From the NCBI GenBank assembly GCA_032718475.1, contig JAUCBJ010008933.1, forward strand, positions 1-50,045: a stretch of DNA of 50,045 nucleotides, written 5' to 3'. Positions 11,700 through 20,039 of this stretch are shown here, piece by piece; positions within the stretch are counted from its first letter, which is position 1; every line of letters begins with the position of its first letter. Position numbers and translations under genes: made by a program. Below the pieces are notes generated by a model. It was given only the letters and a program-made list of their open reading frames with translations. It had not been told where the DNA came from and did no database searches. The stretch is from Nemertoderma westbladi. Lineage: Eukaryota; Animalia; Xenacoelomorpha.

Positions 11700-14075
11700 G
11701 CCTTCATGGTGATGCAATATAGTTTAATTTATCACTATACGTAAATGATACGCTAAATGATAAGTTGTGTAATTGTTTATCGGATTTATGTAATGTCAAT
11801 AAACCTTGTACCATTACGGGAGATTTCAACCTGCCAGAATTTGCATGGAAAACATTCTTAAACCCAGACAATGAATTATATAACACTTTTTCTAATTTTG
11901 ATTTGCAAACAGGTGTCTCACCCAGTTGAAGTTTGAAAAAAACCGTTAGAGGATAATGTTCTGAATTTAATATTTACTACCGATGAATTATTTGTGTCTA
12001 ATGTTAATATACAACCACCTTTTTCTACCGGTGATCATGCCTCTGTAATGTTTATTATACTTACAACTAGCCAATCTGAAACTCAGGAACCGTTAAAAAT
12101 GTTCGATTTCTCCAAAGGCGATTATGTTAATTTTTCGGAATTCATGCAGAGTTCAATTTGGAATAGCATTTATGAATCCTGTACAACCGTAAATGATTTC
12201 TGGAACGGTTTTAGTGCGGTAATAAGACAGGGTATTGATAAATTTGTACCTTTTAAAAGTGTTAAAACAAACAAAATATACCACCCAAGCTTATCAAAGG
12301 GCTGCAAAGGCGGCCTCACAAGCAGCTGTTCGAGCGGAATTCGCAAAAGAGAATAAAATACTTTTCAAGGTCTTCTTTCGAAACCCACGCTTTACCAACA
12401 GTTTGGTTAACTGCCAATATAACTCCAATCGTCAAAAAGGGCGACCCATCAGACCCATACAATTACCGACCGGTATCCCTCATGTGTACAGTATCTCTTG
12501 TAAAATTATGGAAATGTGTGTCAAACAAGAATTAACTGAATATTTATTTTTACATAAATTAATAACTAATTCGCAGCATGGTTTTCTTAAACGTACTGTA
12601 GGTCCACCTGCACTCAATTATTGTCCAATTTTATGTAAGGTCCACCAATTATTAGAATGCGTTACAGATAATAATATAATTATATTAATTATTTCGGTAT
12701 AATTTAGTCGATAAACGTAACAATGTTGACATTAACTATATTGACTTTGCCAAGGCATTTGACTTAGTTGTACATACAAAGCTATTAGTAAAGCTATCTA
12801 GTTTTGACATCTCAGGTGCACTATTAGCATGGCTAACTGCATTTCTATCAAATAGAACCCAGTGCGTTTTAGTAGGAAACAGTCTATCTGGTGTACGTAG
12901 CGTACAGTACGTTCCTGGAACCATTCAGGGAAGTGTCCTAGGGCCCGGTGCTATTTGTAATATTTATAAATGACCTACCGGATATTTTAGGCAACTAAAT
13001 TATTTGCAGATGATGTTAAATGATATGCCCCAACCGACAGCAGCCAGTTATTGGACTCAGCACTCGATTCGCTTGGGAGCCGGGCCAATGACTAGCAGTT
13101 GCAGGTTGCAGCTCAGAAATGTGCGGTTATTTATATTGGTGCAAGTAATAGCAAGGCTAGTTATACACTCAACGGTAAATTAATAAAAGCCGATAGTAAA
13201 TATAGAGACTTGGGCATTAATGTTTGTTCGGACCTAAAGTATGATAACTATTGCCGAGAGCAGTCCGCTAAAGCATATAAAATAATAAATATGATTTTTC
13301 GGTGCTTCCCGTACTAATAATTTAAAAGCTTTGCTATTATCGTTTAAATCATATGTTAGACCATTACTGGAGTACTGCACACCTATTTGGTTACCTTACC
13401 AGTTAGGGAGTGTTGATCTCATTGAAAGAATGCAAAGATTTTTCACTAGGAGGCTTTTTGCTCGATGTAACTTGGGTAATAACATTGCTTATTTACTAGA
13501 AGTCGTCGAATTATCTGCTATTTAAAAATGGTTTACTCTATCGAGAGAAAATTTGTAGACCTTAACTTCGATACGTTCTTTAAGTTAGCTCCACGCTCAG
13601 GACTCAGAGGTCACAGCCATAAATTGTTTACTCAGTATTCTAGGCTACAGGTATGTAAAGGTTCTTTTTCCAACCGAGTCGTGCCTACAGTATACTGTAT
13701 GGAATTCTTTACCAGAGAACACCAGAATGTTTTACAACTAATTTACATAACTTCAATCTATTAATATGGTGCAATTTTAATAGATTTATGTAAATATTCT
13801 GTATAAAAAAGTTCCTTATTTTTTCTTTTTAGCTCCGCACTTAACATTTATTTTATCTTATCATTTTATAGATTTTCTCTAAATTTAATTTTATTTAATC
13901 TGTAATTAACTTGAATTATATTTTAATCAAATTGTATTTCGGACCATCTATAAGTGCTTCTAAGCCTAGGCGGTCTTCTCCCTCATTTACTTAGTTACCT
14001 TGATAGTATATTATATGGAATTTATTGCCATATATTTTATTTAGTGCTTTGTGCATCTTTTAATTTCTGGCGAGT

Positions 14076-14110
<35 letters not shown>
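11700..14110 (+). mobile_element. CR1-clade LINE, degenerate (endonuclease and RT fragments)
   Basis: GDFN and GDH endonuclease motifs, QHGF, IDFAKAFD, LFADD, RPLLEYC, LRGH with many stops and frameshifts; (TAA)n tail 14078-14110. Confidence 0.88.
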
Positions 14111-14112
<2 letters not shown>

Positions 14113-14149
14113 CTACTGTACAATATGTCGATTATTATCACTATGTAAA

Positions 14150-15758
14150 TGTTCGCGGTATTTCAACTTTCCATAACGCGAGTTGAATATTTTTGTATTT
14201 TATTAAAATTGATTATTCCGATATTACTACCGGGTGCGGGACCATGGGTTTTGGGCACATTCAATAAACTGGGGGCGATTTATGGGCGAACTTTGGGGCA
14301 ACTTACAGGGTACGGGAATAATTTCATAGTTATAAGGGCCAGGGGGGGATGGAAAATGCAAGCAGTATTCAGGTTAGCCTGAGTACTATTAGGCCCTGGC
14401 CAACTTCCTGCTGCCTGTAGGGGTGGATTTGGTAATGCGCCAGGCCTAAAGGACAAGGACTGCCCTTAGCGGTCCCTGGCCAACAGCAGCCATTACGAGA
14501 CTGAAAAGAACTCGGACCGCTGACTGCTTGTGTCAGGGATTTGCGACGGGCACCGACGGCCCCTTAGTAGCCAAGCCGTTCTGGTTCTCGATGATCGAAC
14601 CCCGGGGTTCGTGAGGGGTGGAGTGGACACGCGAACAGGTGGCCAACTAACGACTGCCCCCTGACCTAAGCTGTACTGGTTCTCGATGACCGATCCCTTC
14701 GGGGTTCATGAGGGGTGGGACGGACATGCGAAAGGGCTGGCCACAGGACAGGTTTGACAAGGACTGCCCTTAGCGGTCTCTGGTCAACGGCAGCTACTAC
14801 GAGCCTGAAAAGAACTCGGAACGCTGACTGCTTGTACTGGGATTTGCGACGGGAACCGACGACAGACCCCTTAGCCAAGCCGTTCTGGTTCTCGATGATT
14901 GTTCCCTTCGGGGTTCGTGAGGGGTGGAGCGGACACGCGATGGGGTCGAAAGACAAAGGACTAGACTCGACTAGACTCTACCGGCCTACCGACTGTTCGG
15001 AGCAGTTTCTCGGCTGCCGAAGCGACTACGAGCCTGAAACGGACTCGGAAAGCCTAGGTGGTTGGGTTTCTGTGATGAACTGACGGACCCCTAGCCAAGC
15101 CGTTCTGGTTCTCGATGATCGAACCCTTCGGGGTTCGTGAGGGGTGGAACGGACACGCGAACGGGTCCACCGACACGACAGACTCCTAGCCAAGCCGTAC
15201 TGGTTCTCGATGACCGAACCCTTCGGGGTTCGAGAGGGGTGGTACGGATACGCGACAGAGTCTACCGACTGGACCGACCCTTAGCCAAGCCGGGCTGGTT
15301 CTCAATGATCGTTCCCTTCGGGGTTCGTGAGGGGTGGAATGGACACGCGACAGGGTCGACCGACACCGACACTACGGCACTAAGACTGGGACTGAGGGAA
15401 AATCTGGGGAACATTAGGTAGGCTAAAATTCTGAGCGAACAGTGGGTTATTAAATAATATACCGTAGGGATTTATATTATCGTGTATAATTATTGTGAAT
15501 ATTTGGTGTATATTGATTTGGGGAAGCCCAAAATTATTCTTAATCAGGGTTCAATATTGTGAACAAGGTTCAACAGAGTTCAGTTACATTAAAGAGTATA
15601 TCCAACTAATGCAGCTTTTTCTCAACCGCAACCCTGCATCTCAGAAAACATTCCCTCCCCACAATCAATATCCGGTGACTGGCCGGGGCTCGGTGGTCTG
15701 TAAAGTCACGTCTCCAGCATCGGCGTTTTTCCCCCCTGGTGTTGGGATAACGGCAACA
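14150..15758 (+). repeat. 5' LTR (1609 bp)
   Basis: TGTTCGCGG...CGGCAACA; differs from 22807-24414 at about 10 positions by manual comparison. Confidence 0.95.
14460..15360 (+). ncRNA. Array of structured RNA hairpins in U3 (6 kink-turn hairpins + 3 loop-E/T-loop hairpins)
   Basis: Repeated ~85-100 nt units with compensatory stem changes, mostly cUUCGg loops, and GAU-GA...GA k-turn geometry; mirrored at ~23116-24016. Confidence 0.7.
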
Positions 15759-15760
15759 AA

Positions 15761-15773
15761 ATTAAGAATAATT
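15761..15773 (+). promoter_or_regulatory. Primer-binding site complementary to the element's own LTR (self-priming candidate)
   Basis: ATTAAGAATAATT starts 2 nt after the LTR end and is the exact reverse complement of AATTATTCTTAAT at 15532-15544. No TGG tRNA-type PBS at this position. Confidence 0.65.
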
Positions 15774-16009
15774 AACGCGGTTAATTTTGACAGGGTGTCA
15801 AAATTAAGAACAATTACGGTCAACTTCAACTGGTGGAAGTTGAGAATCCTTCAATACTCTTCAAAAACTCTCTACGTGCTTGCCAGCACCCACTACGAGG
15901 AAACTCTGGTATTTGAGTTGAGACAAAGTCGTGGTTTAATTAATTAGCAAACTCGATCTAACCAACTCGTAGTCGGCAGATCACATATTTGGAGAGTTGT
16001 TAACAGGGA

Positions 16010-16201
16010 ATGGAAGTATCGATCACACCCATTGATATAATTCAAGTTGAGCCAGGAATCTGGCACGTCGAAGTTGAGGTGCAAGGAACGAACGTTGGAC
16101 GATTCAGGATTACTGTTCGGGTGGTCCAAGCTGAGTACAATACCTACGAGGAACTGTTCTACGACATCGCGTATCTAGCCATCGACGAGGCATTACAATG
16201 A
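16010..16201 (+). CDS. Small upstream ORF0 (63 aa, unknown function)
   Basis: Strong start context (GGAATGG), protein-like composition, and a TGA stop overlapping the gag ATG (ATGA). Confidence 0.4.
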   Translation: MEVSITPIDIIQVEPGIWHVEVEVQGTNVGRFRITVRVVQAEYNTYEELFYDIAYLAIDEALQ

Positions 16202-17574
16202 CAACAAATAACGTATCCGATACCGACGAGATGGATCACCACACAGACTCGGAAACCGACGAGGTACCAAACGTCAAGAACATGACCCGTCGGTTAGGGG
16301 CCCTTAAAGGCGGAGTAACCCGAGCGTATCAACGGATGGAGAAACAACTCAAGGGAGTCAAAACCCCCCTCAATGAGGTACAAACTCAGCTTCAAAGTAT
16401 CCGAAATATCCTACAGCGGTACGAAAGAATGATACAGGCGTACCAAGATCTTGTTCCCTCCACCGATCAGGAAAACTACCCCAAGTTGGAAGAACACGTT
16501 GTACATCTAGATGGGTTCCGCAAACAACACCGGAGGACCCTCAGCCTTGTGAGAGGCTATGAGGAACAGTACTACAAGAGGGCTGAAAGAACAGACGCGG
16601 AATCAGTACGATCCTCCAGCATCAGGATGGCAGTACATCGAAAAAGAACGGGGTCCGCTAGAAATCAGCACTCCAGCGCTAGGAGCGAGAGATCCGGCTC
16701 AGCGCATAGCTCTCAAGGGGGTCAGCCACTCCGAGACCAACTGCGAGAACGGAAGGCATTAGCCCTCAAAGCTCGGATGGAAGATGAGTATATTCAACTA
16801 CAAGCCGAGCAAGATGTATTAGCCGCCGAAACACAAAAGCGAGAGGCCGAACAAGAGGTCGAACGACGGGTCGAACAACGCAGACAAGAGGCCCAACGAG
16901 AGATCGAACAACATGAACGAGAGGCCAAACAAGAGATCGAACAACGTAAATGGGAAGCAGAAATGCGTAAACAACACGCCGAGGCCCAAGCGATTCTCAC
17001 TCACAAAAAGAATGCAGATATTGCGAAACTGGCGGAATACGAGGCCGCACTTATAGAACGAGATATTCAACTCTACGAGGACTGGGAAAGGGATATAGAT
17101 CAGGAATATGAACCAATTCCGATACCGGAGTTAGAAAAGTCATTTACACCAACAGCGACGAAACCTCCGAAACTCGAGATCCCGCCTACCAAACAGTCTA
17201 CGCTATCGGCACAAGCTCCGGTGTTTCATCCCCCACCGGCTACGCTAAAGAATGAGGAACCCTATTTCCCATCCAACACCACGACAGCGAGTGTACCCAA
17301 GTACGAGCCTGAAAAGGACTCGGAACGGGACGCCACTCCCCGATCAAACAACCCATTTACATCAACACCACAAACTCGCAGCCGCGTCATTATTAAAACT
17401 CCGCCTATTATTGATCCATCAAGTATGGGAGTGAGTGCCAATGACTATAACCCTCCGAGTCACTCCAGTTCAGACGACGTCAGCATCATCCGGGCGTTGG
17501 AGAACCGCCTTGCCATGCCGAAGATGGAGATTCGTCCATCATCGACCGGGATTTCCTCGAGCAACTCGGCCTAG
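16198..17574 (+). CDS. gag: BEL/Pao Gag N-terminal coiled-coil region, truncated before the capsid-like domain
   Basis: RRLGALKGGVTRAY start, long E/Q/R/K coiled coil, P/S/T-rich linker; breaks at MPKMEIRP, where the BEL capsid-like domain usually begins. Confidence 0.7.
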   Translation: MTTNNVSDTDEMDHHTDSETDEVPNVKNMTRRLGALKGGVTRAYQRMEKQLKGVKTPLNEVQTQLQSIRNILQRYERMIQAYQDLVPSTDQENYPKLEEHVVHLDGFRKQHRRTLSLVRGYEEQYYKRAERTDAESVRSSSIRMAVHRKRTGSARNQHSSARSERSGSAHSSQGGQPLRDQLRERKALALKARMEDEYIQLQAEQDVLAAETQKREAEQEVERRVEQRRQEAQREIEQHEREAKQEIEQRKWEAEMRKQHAEAQAILTHKKNADIAKLAEYEAALIERDIQLYEDWERDIDQEYEPIPIPELEKSFTPTATKPPKLEIPPTKQSTLSAQAPVFHPPPATLKNEEPYFPSNTTTASVPKYEPEKDSERDATPRSNNPFTSTPQTRSRVIIKTPPIIDPSSMGVSANDYNPPSHSSSDDVSIIRALENRLAMPKMEIRPSSTGISSSNSA

Positions 17575-18797
17575 AATATGAACCTTGTAAACGGCCCATA
17601 CAAACCATCACCGATAACAGAGAGGTAGAGTCCGGAGAGGTGCAACTCCAGATGGAAGGAGTGATGAAGGGCTACGAAACGGCTAAGTTAACCATCAAGA
17701 ACGCCTTGGTACACACAGACCTCCGGGTGCGGTTCCGACAATCAGCCGAGTACGCCCCCCTCATACAATTGGACCGAGACGATGTAGATCTGAGGTGTCC
17801 GCAGTTGGACGTGAACCGTATCACCCTGCTGATCGGACTTGATACACCGGAACTACACATCCCCACTGGAGATATCGCTCGATCTATAAACCAGGATGAC
17901 GGATTTTATGCTGAACGAACAATAATGGGATGGACACTCTGCGGCATTAAGGAGGAAACTACGGACACCTATACCTACCTTCCTAAATGTCAGATTAAAG
18001 AGAATGTAACCTCTGTGGGTTATTGCTCAGCTTCGGATCTTGACGAGGATTTGTTTCTGGAAACCGAGAGAACCCAGCGGGAGATGAACCGGATGCTTTA
18101 ATGTGGAGACCCGAGAGTTTGCCGAGAAGGACGAGAATCCGTCCGAGGAAGATCAATATTGTACCAACATTTTTGATCAGGCTACGTTCAAAGACGGACA
18201 TTGGCGCGTGCCCATGATTTGGTGGCTAATAAGATTGTTGATGATAATAATGACGTTGATAACATTGATACCATTAACGGGAGAGCACGGACTAATCTGC
18301 CGTAATACCCAGATGGCGAACGCCTCATTTGAGTCCCTCACTCCTAACCACCTACTGGGGAGACCCAAAACCCACCTCCTCCCGGAAACCATGTTCCCGG
18401 ATCCCAACGAGATCGCAAACATACAAACTGGAAAAAGGCCCAAGCGTTGGCAGCGCATTGGTGGAGAATTTGGGCCCAGGAGTACCTCATAACCCTCCGG
18501 ACCAGGAGGAAATGGAACAACACCTACCGGAATGTCGCAGTTGGCGACATGGTACTAGTTAAAGAAGATCTCAAAGACCGCGTTCACTGGCCTGTGGCGC
18601 GGGTCGTGACCATACACCCAAGCAAAGACGGACTTGCGAGGACTGTGACGATACGAACGAAATCGGGCCACTACCAACGCCCCATCCAGAAGCTGTGCCT
18701 TCTTGAAGGCAATGACAGTGGTGATTCTACAAGAGGTGATAAGTTCCCTACTACGGATCCTACTGTGGACATTGGTGACAATTATAAATGCGTTTAA
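17540..18797 (+). pseudogene. pol: Deleted pol remnant (protease C-terminal part + integrase C-terminus)
   Basis: ITLLIGLD and AERTIMGWTLCG (BEL protease), DGHWRVPMIW, then directly the integrase end. No YxDD, RNase H or DDE core. Confidence 0.8.
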
Positions 18798-19070
18798 ACC
18801 CTTCTCATCATGTTGACAAACTCTTATAAACTGTGATTTATCGACAACGAATTATGGACCCCCTTTAAACCAACTGTAACCACGCATGGTATTTGTGTTT
18901 CCTCGTGTGTTATGTGGAGTCCAGCATCACCCTGCAGATGTTTCGACTGACGCAGGGTCGTTTATGTATTGTTTACCCTGATTTTGGTCATCAGGACCTA
19001 CGATATTGGATTATTGGAAATGGAAAAGATTTGAAGTGGAATTCATTGTATTCATTGCAGTATGTTATGT

Positions 19071-19492
19071 TGTCCGTTGCGTGCGCAGTTCGGGGCGTAG
19101 GCGGTGTAACGAGTCCAGCTGTAGATCCCGGATTGCCGCGCAACACCCCCTCTATCCCGTTATTCTGGTGGGTCCATGGTGCATCCACATGACTTCGACG
19201 ATAGAGGGTTTTATGTTCTCAGTCGCGTTATTCTGGTGGGACCGTTACGTGGATTTTGGGGCGTAGGCGGTGTAACGAGTCCAGCTGTAGATCCCAGAAT
19301 GTTGCGTAACCCCATCCCACATGACTTCGTCGACTGAGCTTTATGTTGTTGGGAGTGTTATTCTGGTGGGTCCATGGTGCATCCACGTGACTTCACTCCC
19401 AGCGTCGTCATTGTCCGTTACGTGCGCAGTTTGGGGCGTAGGCGGTGTAACGAGTCCAGCTGTAGATCCCAGATTGCCGCGTAACACCCCTT
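19071..19492 (+). repeat. Three interleaved copies of two GC-rich repeat modules
   Basis: 38-nt GGGGCGTAGGCGGTGTAACGAGTCCAGCTGTAGATCCC at 19092, 19258, 19433; GTTATTCTGGTGGG at ~19159, ~19227, ~19357. Confidence 0.85.
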
Positions 19493-20039
19493 CCACGACA
19501 AAGATTAACCAAAGAAAATGATTGAATATAGTTGGAAATGATGAAAAGGATCAGACAACTCTACTATAAACCTGAATGATGACGCATATACTGATGAAAA
19601 TGAAATGATGCGCACCCTGGTGCTGCGCTTATAACAAATGATGATAGCCGGGGGGCTATAAACCCAATGATGATGTGGAAATAAATAAATGTGAAATAAA
19701 TGGTGGAAATAAATGTGTTGAAATATATGTGGAAATAAATGAAATGAGATGAAATAATAATGAAATGAAAAAAGACAAAAAAAAGGTATAAAAGAGGTCA
19801 AAGAAAAGAATTGGAAAAAAAAGGACAAAAAAGTCATAAAAAACTGGTTGGATATTATGTATAGCTATAGTAACTGTAAATGCTGAATGTATTAGCAATA
19901 AGATGATAGATGCCTATATAGCAATGTTATTAATAAACTGAATTAAATAAAAAACTGAATTATTCTGCTATCGCTATAGTTTCAGACTTTCTGGACTTAT
20001 AATTAACTGATCTAATTTGTAACGGATATAATCGTAAAT

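Noticed and set aside
14570-15360. U3 hairpins as SECIS elements or hammerhead ribozymes
   Set aside because: The ATGA...GA core is k-turn-like, but the apical loop is UUCG without the AAR motif, and the interrupting stop in the cargo ORF is TAG, not TGA. The CUGANGA/GAAA hammerhead core is absent.
14666-15421. Short ORFs within the LTR repeats (and copies at 23149-24077)
   Set aside because: By-products of GC-rich repeats; variation preserves base pairing rather than codons.
17300-17326. rRNA sarcin-ricin loop fragment
   Set aside because: Only AGTACGAG...GGAAC is shared, with no flanking 28S similarity; treated as an independent loop-E motif.
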